A stretch of 46,494 bases of DNA, taken from assembly GCA_046045965.1 (NCBI GenBank), contig JBJOKS010000033.1, positions 1 through 46,494 of the forward strand, read 5' to 3'. The notes beneath the pieces are model-generated. The model made no database searches, was not told the DNA's origin, and saw only the letters and a program-made list of their open reading frames with translations. Below are positions 20,810-32,173 of the stretch, piece by piece (position 1 is the first letter of the stretch; each line of letters begins with the position of its first letter). The position numbers and the translations under genes are program-made. The stretch comes from Cyanobacteriota bacterium. GTDB lineage: Bacteria > Cyanobacteriota > Cyanobacteriia > Cyanobacteriales > Nostocaceae.

Positions 20810-20964
20810 TCAAATTCCCTTTTTGGAGAACCTTAACAAAAAAATAATCTTCATTATAGTTTCTAATCGCAAAGATATAAATTTATCTATGTATTAATTG
20901 CATAATTTAATGTAGAAAATTCCATATAAGCGTACTAGAGAATGGGACTGAATTTTATTAATGA

Positions 20965-23175
20965 CTAATAACTAATCACTAAGGAATTCAAATCGTGAAT
21001 AACTGCGGTAGCGGACTGATAGCGATCGCCAAAATGGTAACAAATCATCTTATCTAAAATTGCTGCTAATTCATCGCTAACATTGGTGTTTTGTCGCCAC
21101 ATAATATTACCAGTTTCTGGATTTGCTTGAAAGTCTTGGGCTGGTATACCAGTAATAGCTTGAATGCCAATCATACCTAAAGCATAGATATCACTTGATA
21201 AACGGGGATGACCTGCAAATTGTTCTGGTGGTGAATAGCCTCTTGTGCCGATAGCTACGGTAGCTAATTCTGTTGCTTCATCTATTCGTGGTTGAATTAA
21301 TTTGACTGCACCAAAATCTATTAATACCAAGCGATTATTTTTACTACATCTCATAATATTGGTTGGTTTAATATCTCGATGAATCACACGATGACTGTGT
21401 ACAAATACTAAAATTTCTAAAATTTCTTTCAGCATTTCTACTACATAAAATTCACTTTTTACAGATGTTTCAGGTGGTAATTCTTCGCTTAAAGTATGTC
21501 CAATAATATATTCTTGAACTAAATAAAATTCGTGATTTTCTTCAAAAGCAGCAAACAGTTCGGGAATGTGAGGATGTTTACCCACAACTGCTAAAATTTC
21601 AGCTTCAGTGTTAAATAACCTGCGAGCAACGTCCATAAATCTGGGATCTCGACGGGCTGGCATTAACTGTTTAACGACACAGATAGGATGATCTTGTATT
21701 TGTGTATCTGCTGCTAAATAAGTACGTCCAAAACCACCAGAAGCCAGAGTTTTTAAGATTTGGTAGCGTCCAGATAAAAGTAACTCATCGGTTTTGAATA
21801 TTGATATTTCCGAAAAATTAAAGTCGTTAAAGTCGGATGGAAGTTGTGTTGATTGATCCAATAGTAAGCTAATTTGTGCGATCGCTTCTTGTTGTTGTTC
21901 AACTTGGATCAGAATAGCTTGATTTTGTTTCTGAGTTTGGTAAGTAGTGTAACCCATGACAGCAATACTGCTAATAACTAAAGCTAAAGAAGGTGTAAAT
22001 AAAGGTATCCATATTGCTTGCAGATACAACCCAGCCACAATTCCCACCACACCCAAAAGAATAAAACTTTCTACTATTATTAACATTAAAGGATGTCGCC
22101 ATTGCCATGCTAAAACAGCACCAACCAAAGAACAACTGTAAATCCACAACCATTCAGCCCAGTCTGGCCAATAATAGATTAGAGGTCTACCATCGAGAAC
22201 TGTACTAATAATTTGACTGGCTATTTGGGCATGAATAAAAACACGAGGTATTCTCGCAGGTTGGTCTGATAAACTGCTATAAGGTGTATAGTAACCAGGA
22301 TGCACACTAGCCGCAGTAGTCCCCACAATTACCAAACGATCTTGTACCCAATTAGGGTTAACCTGATCTGTGAGAACTTGTGTTAGGGTGACTTGTTTGG
22401 GTAGGTGATGTGGGTGACGGTAATTTAATAAAATTTGATAACCATCTGCATCTGTATTCTGATAACTACCAGCATTTTTATCTAAGCGGGGAAATATAAT
22501 TTTACCTATTTGCAATTCTTCGGTTTTTGTGAAATTATATTCAATCCCTTGTTTTTCCAAATAACTACTAGCTAATAGAAACGCAAAGGAAAATTGTGTT
22601 TTACATTTATTGTCTGTATTTGTAACATCCGTAAATAACAAAGTACGACGCAGAATTTGATCAGTTTTATTGTCAGTAACTACATCATCAAAACCGATAT
22701 TATCTATAGAAAAGTTGAGAGGTGGGGAAATTTCTGCTCTACCAATGTTACTTAACAAGCAAGTTCCAATAATTTTATCTGGCTTTTTGAGATTAGCAGC
22801 TAAATTTTTTTGTTCATGTCGATAAATGTTTAACCCAATTAAACGGGGTTGATAAGACTCTAATTTTTCTAGTAATTTATTGATAGTTTGATCTGATAAA
22901 GGCCATTTTTCCCGTGTTAGATCCTCTTGTGTAATTGTAACTAATAAAATTCTGCTATCAAGTGGTTCTTGAGGACGCGATCGCAACATCCTGTCATAAA
23001 TGCTTAACTCTCCAGCTTCTAACCATTTCAGTTCACGCATTCCCCATACAAAAACAGTCACCCCCACACTACTCAGCAGAATAATTGACAGGAATTTAGG
23101 GAAGGTAAAAGTTAGACGTGAACCTTTATCTTGAATGAGAACAGCACGGAATTTTGCTAAAAATCCATTAATCAC
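20965..23175 (-). CDS. CHASE2-domain Ser/Thr protein kinase
   Basis: CHASE2 (RILLVTI, WPLSD, D..LRR, LVIVGTTA), 3 TM helices, kinase motifs SGGFG, VVKQL, HRDIKPTN, DFG. Confidence 0.95.
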   Translation of the reverse strand: MINGFLAKFRAVLIQDKGSRLTFTFPKFLSIILLSSVGVTVFVWGMRELKWLEAGELSIYDRMLRSRPQEPLDSRILLVTITQEDLTREKWPLSDQTINKLLEKLESYQPRLIGLNIYRHEQKNLAANLKKPDKIIGTCLLSNIGRAEISPPLNFSIDNIGFDDVVTDNKTDQILRRTLLFTDVTNTDNKCKTQFSFAFLLASSYLEKQGIEYNFTKTEELQIGKIIFPRLDKNAGSYQNTDADGYQILLNYRHPHHLPKQVTLTQVLTDQVNPNWVQDRLVIVGTTAASVHPGYYTPYSSLSDQPARIPRVFIHAQIASQIISTVLDGRPLIYYWPDWAEWLWIYSCSLVGAVLAWQWRHPLMLIIVESFILLGVVGIVAGLYLQAIWIPLFTPSLALVISSIAVMGYTTYQTQKQNQAILIQVEQQQEAIAQISLLLDQSTQLPSDFNDFNFSEISIFKTDELLLSGRYQILKTLASGGFGRTYLAADTQIQDHPICVVKQLMPARRDPRFMDVARRLFNTEAEILAVVGKHPHIPELFAAFEENHEFYLVQEYIIGHTLSEELPPETSVKSEFYVVEMLKEILEILVFVHSHRVIHRDIKPTNIMRCSKNNRLVLIDFGAVKLIQPRIDEATELATVAIGTRGYSPPEQFAGHPRLSSDIYALGMIGIQAITGIPAQDFQANPETGNIMWRQNTNVSDELAAILDKMICYHFGDRYQSATAVIHDLNSLVISY

Positions 23176-23274
23176 GGTAATGTATTAACAACCTGGTGTG
23201 GTAGATACTGGAAAACTGAAACCTCAGTTCCAGTTTATGAGTTAGTTAATTTCAATTGTATATAATGTAGCCAT

Positions 23275-23568
23275 TTATTCCTGTTGAGATTTTTGAACTT
23301 CTTCCATAGGAGTTAACATAGTCAAAGAAATTGGAGTTGATGAAATTAAAGTTGGTGGAGTTGATGGGTCTAGCTTCGGGGGTTCGGGTAAAATTTCCGC
23401 TTGTACCTCACTGAAATAGGAACCAACAATTTTATCGTAGTTGGAAGCAACCGCTAAAAATGCTCCGCCTAAAATATAGATAGGTAATGGTAGAGACAAT
23501 TCTTTTACCCAGTCAAAAAATTCTGCTAAGGCAAATAATACAAAGAAACAGGCTAACCAAACCCTCAT
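23275..23568 (-). CDS. Small hypothetical membrane protein
   Basis: Two hydrophobic segments and a Pro-rich tail. Confidence 0.75.
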   Translation of the reverse strand: MRVWLACFFVLFALAEFFDWVKELSLPLPIYILGGAFLAVASNYDKIVGSYFSEVQAEILPEPPKLDPSTPPTLISSTPISLTMLTPMEEVQKSQQE

Positions 23569-23664
23569 TTTTTCTTCCCCTGCTTACAAACAACTATATT
23601 TAACTATATTTATAAGTTAAACAGCTTGCATGATACTCGATGTCCGCCACAATCACAAACAAAA

Positions 23665-24990
23665 TCACAAATCTTTTGCTAAAGCCTGTATCACCTGGTT
23701 ATAAGTTTGTTGTACATCCTTGCGGTCTTGTGCTTCTGGTAAACTCTCTTGGCTACCATTGTTAATCATATCAGCATGATGGCGCAGAACTGAATGATAA
23801 TGAGGGTTTTGGGTAAAAGAGGCAATGATGGCGATCGCATCTAATAAATGAATGGTTACAGCTTTCTGGGAACGGGAATTTTGTCGAATTTGATCAAAAG
23901 CATCATTCACGACTTCTTTAAAACTCACAGGTTCAGCAATTACTCGCAATTTATTATCTTCATCGTAGCGGTAAGCTGAGGGAAATTCCCTTTGTACTAA
24001 CTGGCATATTCCCCCACAAAGTCTATCAATACAGTAAATAGCTGTAAATGGATCATTCACACTTGGAGAAATAGCACGCAAGGCAATTTCTACTAATTGC
24101 AAAATAGGAAAACATACATCTTGTTGTTGAGTGCGTTCTTTACCCAAAAGAAAAACCTTTCTGATTTTTTTGGTAAGTTTATGATTCACTTTTTCACCAG
24201 GCCAAACCCTCACCAATTGTTTACCCTTGACAATAAATTTACCAGGTCGAGATTTAATATAAATTAAAATATTATCATCACAGGCAATCTTCATTAATCC
24301 ATCATCATCAATTAATTGCAAATAACCATGTTTATGAGATTGTATTGGGTAACTTTGTAAATCAAAATCAACAGGTATTTCTCTTAAATAATGTAGCAGT
24401 TGATATTTTTTACCATATCCAATTTTTTCTGGAAATAGTCTATCAATACATTTATATAAATCATTGCTAACACTTTCTAAGACGTGAGAAGCTTGAATAA
24501 TAGTTGAGGCGTGATGGATAAAGTAAATCAGCACGCCGATACTGAAAATTGCTAATAAAATACCTACGGTTACTGATAAATGGGGAATAAATAAGTTATA
24601 ATCTTCTCCATAAATAGTTCTGAGTACAAGTAAGGAATAAATAAACGTTGCTAGGAAAGTACCCAAAACAATTTGATTACCAGTATCGCGCATAAAATTC
24701 CGCAGTAGTCGCGGTCCAAAGTTGCGCGAAGCCAGTTGTAAAGCCACAATAGTAATAGAAAAAGCTGTAGCTGCTACACTCATCATTGAACTAGCTATAG
24801 CAGATAATACTTCTCTAGCTCCATCTGGTCCACCAGCATAAATCCAACCTACATCTTTAAACCCTACTTTATTATCAAGGGTGAGCATAGTCATAGCTAA
24901 ACCCACCCCTAATAATGTCATCATACCAGGCAGAAACCAGTAACTAGAATGTAGTGCATCCCAAAGCTTGTTTAACTTAACATTTCTCAT
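23665..24990 (-). CDS. DUF2254 family membrane protein
   Basis: SYWFLP, AFSITIVALQLAS.NFGPRLL and EIALRAISPSVNDPFTA motifs. Confidence 0.92.
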   Translation of the reverse strand: MRNVKLNKLWDALHSSYWFLPGMMTLLGVGLAMTMLTLDNKVGFKDVGWIYAGGPDGAREVLSAIASSMMSVAATAFSITIVALQLASRNFGPRLLRNFMRDTGNQIVLGTFLATFIYSLLVLRTIYGEDYNLFIPHLSVTVGILLAIFSIGVLIYFIHHASTIIQASHVLESVSNDLYKCIDRLFPEKIGYGKKYQLLHYLREIPVDFDLQSYPIQSHKHGYLQLIDDDGLMKIACDDNILIYIKSRPGKFIVKGKQLVRVWPGEKVNHKLTKKIRKVFLLGKERTQQQDVCFPILQLVEIALRAISPSVNDPFTAIYCIDRLCGGICQLVQREFPSAYRYDEDNKLRVIAEPVSFKEVVNDAFDQIRQNSRSQKAVTIHLLDAIAIIASFTQNPHYHSVLRHHADMINNGSQESLPEAQDRKDVQQTYNQVIQALAKDL

Positions 24991-25038
24991 AATTTACTAG
25001 CTCGGTAAGCATCTACTTTACTAATTTAGCCAAGCAAT

Positions 25039-25602
25039 TTATCGCATTTCTACTGCATTTCTATTTCTCATTCTCAGAAATCTTTGTTCATAAGTTCTCA
25101 TCCTTTCATCATTCATATTGTAAAAGTAAGGCTCTCTTTTATAGTTATAGGTAGCAGGATCATAATCAAATGTGCTGGGAGTTGCTGTAGTGGCTAGTGA
25201 TGGACGATATACTCCTCTTACTCGCTCTTCATACTCATCATCAATTGCCAAATCTTCACTAAATTCTGGCAAATCTTCCACTTGTCCTTTAGTTAATCTC
25301 GGCACTAAAACACGTCTATTTTCATAGTCAATTTCGGCCAAACCAACTGGTAGTAAAACTTTTTTACCAAACACCCAAAAGCCTGTATCAATGATAAAAT
25401 ATCGGAAACGACCATCATCTTCATCAACTAGGACATTTTGGACAGAACCAACTTTGTCATCAACAGCATAAACATCAAATGTTTTGATATCGTAACCATC
25501 AAAATCTTCAGCTTTATAATCAGGATAAAACTCATCAAGTTTATACAAAGCCATATTACATATTCCCAATTCAATATTTTCACTCATTAATAATATATAC
25601 AC
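25039..25602 (-). CDS. PRC-barrel domain protein (start probably 25554, MALYKL)
   Basis: DKVGSVQNVLVDEDDGRFRYFIIDTGFWVFGKKVLLPVG. Confidence 0.88.
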   Translation of the reverse strand: MYILLMSENIELGICNMALYKLDEFYPDYKAEDFDGYDIKTFDVYAVDDKVGSVQNVLVDEDDGRFRYFIIDTGFWVFGKKVLLPVGLAEIDYENRRVLVPRLTKGQVEDLPEFSEDLAIDDEYEERVRGVYRPSLATTATPSTFDYDPATYNYKREPYFYNMNDERMRTYEQRFLRMRNRNAVEMR

Positions 25603-25812
25603 TTATCCATTGATTGCCTTCTGACTCTAGAATGAATCCTGGGTCTAATCTTTAAGAAATAGGCATAAAAATATTTATTTGCTCAAGGTAAAATATCAGC
25701 CTTTTAGAAGTTTTTTTGTTAGACTAAAAAAGGCAATATTCTATATATAGAAATAAATAATTAGTTTGGTATTAGTTTAGTATAAAAAGATTGAAATTAT
25801 GGAGGCGAAATT

Positions 25813-26838
25813 GTGCGTTTTGGGCAATGGCTAGGCTTACTCGCACTTATTATATCTCTTTATATTATTTGGCAAATTCGGCAAATAGTTTTAATTGCCT
25901 TTGCATCTGTAGCCTTAGCAACAGTATTAAATCAGCAAGTACGATTTTTACAGCGACTGAGAATGCGGAGGAGTTTAGCAGTCTCCATTTCCATTGGATT
26001 GTTATTACTAATAATAGTAATTTTTGCTTTATTGATTGTTCCCAGTATTATTGAGCAATTACAACAATTTAGTAATCTGATGCCAATGGCATTAGAACGA
26101 ATTCGTTCTTGGAATAATTGGTTAATTCGTGTGATTCCAGATAATATTTTAGAAAATATTCGGGGATTACAATATTTAACTCAAAGTATTCAAACTTGGG
26201 CAAATCAAATAATTAGAAACTTTTTTATTTTACTCAATAGCTCTTTCACAATTGTTTTAGGATTACTACTTTTCTTTGTGCTGACTATTATGCTTCTAGC
26301 CAACCCTGGTGAATATAGACAGGGCTTTATTATGCTATTTCCTGCGTTTTATCGTCCACGAGTTGATGAGATTTTGAGTGAGTGTGCTAATTCTTTAGTA
26401 GGTTGGATTAGAGGTACACTTTTAGCCATGTTAGTGATTGCTCTAATGAGCTATATTGGCTTATTAATTTTAGGAATACCATTACCTTTAATCAATGCAC
26501 TCTTGGCAGGTTTATTAGAGTTTATACCTAATGTGGGTCCAACTTTGAGTGTAATTCCTCCGGCGCTACTTGCTCTTAATGAATCTCCTTGGAAAGCAGT
26601 TGCCGTGATAATTCTATATTTTGGGATTCAACAATTTGAAAGCTTAATTTTATTACCTTTGGTCATGAAAACCCAAGTATCACTATTACCAGCAGTTACA
26701 ATCTTAGCAGTAGTTATTTTTGGCAGCTTTTTTGGATTTTTAGGTGTTTTCTTAGCTGTTCCTTTAGTAATTATTTTCCAAATTTGGATCAAAGAAGTTA
26801 TAGTTAAAGATATACTTGATCACTGGCATGGTAAGTAG
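25813..26838 (+). CDS. AI-2E family transporter (PerM-like)
   Basis: LEFIPNVGP, QQFES.I..P and GFLGVFLAVP motifs; multi-TM. Confidence 0.93.
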   Translation: MRFGQWLGLLALIISLYIIWQIRQIVLIAFASVALATVLNQQVRFLQRLRMRRSLAVSISIGLLLLIIVIFALLIVPSIIEQLQQFSNLMPMALERIRSWNNWLIRVIPDNILENIRGLQYLTQSIQTWANQIIRNFFILLNSSFTIVLGLLLFFVLTIMLLANPGEYRQGFIMLFPAFYRPRVDEILSECANSLVGWIRGTLLAMLVIALMSYIGLLILGIPLPLINALLAGLLEFIPNVGPTLSVIPPALLALNESPWKAVAVIILYFGIQQFESLILLPLVMKTQVSLLPAVTILAVVIFGSFFGFLGVFLAVPLVIIFQIWIKEVIVKDILDHWHGK

Positions 26839-26900
26839 GGAATAACGGCTAGTCATCCCCACTTAGATGATGAGAAAAAACCACTAATTTAACTGATGCG

Positions 26901-27581
26901 TTAACTTATGCGATCTCGTCTATCAATGATTTCCACTTCTTGTTGGGTAGTAGTTGGTACTGCATATCTTTCTGTGTCTCGATTTACAGTATTTGTGGGA
27001 GGTAAATCAGAATTGTAACGACCATTGGAGATATCATCTACCCTCCATCCCCGAATACCTTGTTTACTCAAAACAGAAGCAGCACGTCTAATTTCGTCCT
27101 CAGAACCTTCTAAAATTACTAAGTATTCCCCTTGAGATACTCGTTCACTATAATCTCTCGCTTCTTCTTCAGGAATACCCAAACCTGTCAGAGCGCCAAT
27201 TATACCTCCTGCGGCTGCACCAATACCCGCACCAGCTAAGGTAGTCGCAATAGTACCCGCTGCCAAAAAAGGACCCGCTCCCGGAACAATTAAAGCTTCT
27301 AAACCTACAAGTAAACCACCAAGACCTCCCAAAACTGTGCCTGTTGTTGCACCAATACCAGCACCTTCTTGAGCTTCAGTGTCACCCCGATCTTTAACCC
27401 GCGCTCCCGCAATTTGTTCATTACGCTCTGTGTCTTTTGCTAACACAGAAACTCTATTCATGGGAAAGCCTGAATTTCTCAATTCAGACAGTGCTTCTTC
27501 AGCTTGCTGACGATTAGCAAATGTACCAATGGCACGTTGATATTTTTGAGATGTCATTTTACCTCCTGACATAATTACCAC
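26901..27581 (-). CDS. General stress protein (YflT-like domain with Gly-zipper)
   Basis: AIGTF..RQQAE.A..EL..SGF, Gly-rich zipper, LGIPEEEAR.Y; start probably MTSQKY. Confidence 0.85.
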   Translation of the reverse strand: MVIMSGGKMTSQKYQRAIGTFANRQQAEEALSELRNSGFPMNRVSVLAKDTERNEQIAGARVKDRGDTEAQEGAGIGATTGTVLGGLGGLLVGLEALIVPGAGPFLAAGTIATTLAGAGIGAAAGGIIGALTGLGIPEEEARDYSERVSQGEYLVILEGSEDEIRRAASVLSKQGIRGWRVDDISNGRYNSDLPPTNTVNRDTERYAVPTTTQQEVEIIDRRDRIS

Positions 27582-27724
27582 TGTGTTTACAAATAAATAA
27601 ACAAGTAAACAAACAGGTAATTTTTTCTATAGTCACTTATTTAATTTTCTGTTTTTAAACCTATATTTTCATCACTCCATAGGTTTAGCTTGTTATCTAT
27701 CAAAGGAGTCAGGAGTCAGGAGTC

Positions 27725-27870
27725 ATACCAATTCTGTATAAAGATGCGCCAAATTTTAGAAAGGAACGTTCGCGAAGCGTGGCGTTAGCCATACCACAGA
27801 GACACAGAGAACACAGAGGATGAAAATAGAAGATTAAAAAATTCGGCACAGTCTCATAAAGAAATGGTAT
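27725..27870. mobile_element. MITE-like element with ~33-bp imperfect TIRs, inserted in a CAGGAGT STRR
   Basis: ATACCAATTCTGTATAAAGATGCGCCAAATTTT versus reverse complement ATACCATTTCTTTATGAGACTGTGCCGAATTTT. Confidence 0.75.
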
Positions 27871-27907
27871 CAGGAGTCAGGAGTCAAGAAGTAATATCTT
27901 ATTCTCC

Positions 27908-27956
27908 CCAGTCACCAGTCACCAGTCACCAGTCACCAGTCACCAGTCACCAGTCA
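27908..27956. repeat. STRR heptamer (CCAGTCA)x7
   Basis: Read directly. Confidence 0.95.
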
Positions 27957-27957
27957 C

Positions 27958-28953
27958 CTATTCCCTGTGAGGGTCTTCTTTGCTATTACCATTTTGCATT
28001 TCCATCAATTTTTTGAGAGAACCACTGATACTACGCGGTTGGGGAACTTTATTCTTTCCTGCTGGCCAACCTTCTCTTTGTTGGGAGCGATCGCCATCTG
28101 TTTCTTCTGTTTGGTCATGAAATAAAATCTGTGTGGTAGGATAAGGTAAATCAATCCCATTTTCTACATATAGTTTTTGCTTAATTGCAGATATCACTTT
28201 ATCTCTTGAATCTAAAGCATCTGACCAACGGGGGGGTTTTATCCACCAGCGAGCGCGAATATTCACCGCACTATCAGCCAGTTCCATTACCAATACATCA
28301 GGTGCTGGGTCTTTTAACACTACGTCTACACTATGTAGTGCTTCCATCATTACTTGCTTTGTCCACTCAATATCATCACCATAACCAACTCCAATATCGT
28401 ACTCTAAACGGCGATTTTCAAAAGCTGTATTCACCGTCACCGAATTAGTAAATAACTCAGAATTAGGAATAACAATTCGCCGACCATCGTAGGTTTTAAT
28501 AGTTGTCGCTCTGGTTTGAATATTTTCTACTGTTCCTTCAAAACCTTTAAAAACAATTTGGTCATCAATTTGGAAAGGTTCAGTTAATAAAATTAAAATA
28601 CCTGCTAAAAAGTTTTGCAAAATATCCCGAAATGCAAAACCAATTGCTACTCCACTAATTCCCAATAATTGTACTAAATCTCCTGCTTTTAGTGAGGGAA
28701 TAACTATGGAAAGAGATATAAATAAACCAACTAATATAGTAGTTCCTTGGGCTAACCTTCCCAACACCATTCCTAAATTCCGTGCATAGCGGTAATGACG
28801 AGTTAACCTTTTAACTAACCGTTTGATGGCGCTACCAACATAAACAAAAATTGTAAAGACAATAAACGCTAAAAAGATATTAGGTATCAGCGCAATGAAC
28901 CCGTTCATCATTGCTTGTGCTTTATCCCAAAGTACAGATATCTCTGCTTTCAT
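27958..28953 (-). CDS. Small-conductance mechanosensitive channel (MscS family)
   Basis: GVAIGFAFRDILQNFLAG, PFQIDD, EGTVENI..RATTIKT.DG and IPNS motifs. Confidence 0.95.
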   Translation of the reverse strand: MKAEISVLWDKAQAMMNGFIALIPNIFLAFIVFTIFVYVGSAIKRLVKRLTRHYRYARNLGMVLGRLAQGTTILVGLFISLSIVIPSLKAGDLVQLLGISGVAIGFAFRDILQNFLAGILILLTEPFQIDDQIVFKGFEGTVENIQTRATTIKTYDGRRIVIPNSELFTNSVTVNTAFENRRLEYDIGVGYGDDIEWTKQVMMEALHSVDVVLKDPAPDVLVMELADSAVNIRARWWIKPPRWSDALDSRDKVISAIKQKLYVENGIDLPYPTTQILFHDQTEETDGDRSQQREGWPAGKNKVPQPRSISGSLKKLMEMQNGNSKEDPHRE

Positions 28954-29566
28954 CCTGCTGCCTCACTCATGAGTCGCTGCTGATGATAGTTAAAAAATCA
29001 TCTAATATGAATCCTACTGAAGGTGATAAATTGGTTAACTAGCAGAGAGATTTTTTAGCCACTCAAATCAGAAACCACCGTAAGTTGCGACAGATACAAG
29101 TCAGCAAATTACAGCGGTTTCTTTGTAAGCAAATGATTCAATAAAATGGTTAAATCCGATTAAGTACATCAACTAGGGTGGACACTATTCGCAATCTACC
29201 AATCAGAATTGTGCATCCTTTAAATTCCAACTAGGCAGGCATTTCTGGCTGTGCGTTTAAAAACCTCCAATAACAACTCGATGAAATCAAGGCTAAAACA
29301 GCAGGAAGCCACAACCTAACAGCGATCGCGAGGACATTAGAGCAGGAGGCACAGGCTCTAATTCATTTGTTTTTGTTTGAACTTTTAACCTTTTTGTACC
29401 TTGCTCTTAATCTAGCATGAGTTTTTGACTTTGTGCAGTATATTTACTAAAGTTGAATTTCTTTAATATCTCGCAACAATTGTGAAATATTGCTTAAGAT
29501 TATTGACACTTTGTACAAAAATAAAAATTAAACATCATACCGTTGCGATCGCATCGCAGATCCTAA

Positions 29567-30688
<1,122 letters not shown>

Positions 30689-30722
30689 ATCTACTGCTAT
30701 TATTGTAGATGCTACTTAATTT

Positions 30723-30796
30723 GGGGTTGTAGCTCAGTTGGATAGAGCGGTCGCCTCCTAAGCGACAGGTCGTGCGTTCAAGTCGCACCAGTCCCG
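30723..30796 (+). tRNA. tRNA-Arg(CCT)
   Basis: Cloverleaf with anticodon arm GTCGC-CTCCTAA-GCGAC and T-loop GTTCAAG. Confidence 0.96.
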
Positions 30797-31039
30797 TATA
30801 TTTTCCTTAATCTTAGTCAGCAACATTGATAAATAGATGGGGGTTTCAACCCCTATGATAAATTGTCTGATATAAGTTAGGATAGTCCATCGAAGAGAAC
30901 AACCATAGTTAATTCATGGTTAAATACCTTTCTACATCAAAATTCACCAAATCCTGATTTGGGTAAACTTTGCTTAATCTCGTTATTCTACATAATATTT
31001 AGATAAGCTACTGATTTTCGCACATACACTTAGACAGCC

Positions 31040-31609
31040 TTGAATAAGCTATTGTTTAGAGGTAAATCTTTGCGGGTTATGTCTTTTATCCTACCACTGT
31101 TAGTTTGGTGTGGATACAAAGAAATACAAAACCAATTTGTACATCCACAAGCCGTCTTAGTTTTGGGCGGTTCTACTAAACGTTTAGAAAGGGAGAAGTT
31201 TACAGCCAATTTTGCCAGCAAGCATCCAAATATACCAATATGGATTACTGGGGGTAGTCCACCTAGCTATACAAAAGAAGTATTTGCTAAAGCTGGAGTT
31301 GATCCCCGGCGTTTATATTTAGATTACGAAGCCGTGGATACAGTTACTAATTTTACTACGTTAGTAGATGATTTGCAATCTCGCGGCATTAAAAGCGTTT
31401 ATTTAATTACTTCTGATTTTCATATGCGCCGTGCTTGTGTAATTGGTGAGATTGTTTTGGGTAGTCGAGGTATTGAGTTTAAAGCAGTGTCTGTTCCCTC
31501 AAAAACCGCACCAGAACCTATCGAAAAATCTATCCGCGATGGAGCTAGAGCCATGCTATGGGTAGCAACTGGTTATACAGGAGCCGAAAAACCGAAAAAT
31601 AGACCATAA
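31040..31609 (+). CDS. YdcF/DUF218 family protein
   Basis: VLVLGG, AVDTVTNF and LITSDFHMRRA motifs. Confidence 0.9.
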   Translation: MNKLLFRGKSLRVMSFILPLLVWCGYKEIQNQFVHPQAVLVLGGSTKRLEREKFTANFASKHPNIPIWITGGSPPSYTKEVFAKAGVDPRRLYLDYEAVDTVTNFTTLVDDLQSRGIKSVYLITSDFHMRRACVIGEIVLGSRGIEFKAVSVPSKTAPEPIEKSIRDGARAMLWVATGYTGAEKPKNRP

Positions 31610-32173
31610 CTTCATTTAAATGGCGATTAGGCATCGGGAAAGGGTGATTTTTACCCTATCTTCCTCTAAATTTACTGTATAATTGTGCTTATTAAATTCT
31701 GTGAAGAGTAGAATTCATGATTTTCTGATGTGATTAGAATCACATAAAGACAGGCTGAAGATCGTATTTTAGCTTGGGTGTTTCCCCTAAGATACCTCTT
31801 ATCAAATTCAGCCAGTTTAATTTTTCGCTAAAAAGTTCCGAGTTTATACTGAGAAAATATGATTAACAAAACTTAACAGATGTGTAATAATTATTTATGA
31901 AACTCCATCTTAATGTATGTCAAATCACCGAAAATTTAATTTATTCATGGTGTCAAACCTATCAAACAAGAGATTAACAAGGTTGTACAAATTTCTTTAA
32001 GGATGATATGAAGCAGTTTAAACTTTTTTTAAGTTATCACCCTAATTGGTTAATAAATTGCTCATAACACCAACTTATTGACACCACATAAGTTAAATTT
32101 AGACAATCTTGCTAGGGATACACAAGGGTATTAAATAGCTCAAAATCACATTTTTAATCAGGATGAAACAATT

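Noticed and set aside
29500..29520. Tn7/CAST transposon end (TGTACA)
   Set aside because: No repeated TnsB-binding sites and no tns genes.
30797..31040. Island integrated at tRNA-Arg(CCT)
   Set aside because: No integrase, no repeat of the tRNA 3' end was noticed, and the neighbouring genes look chromosomal.
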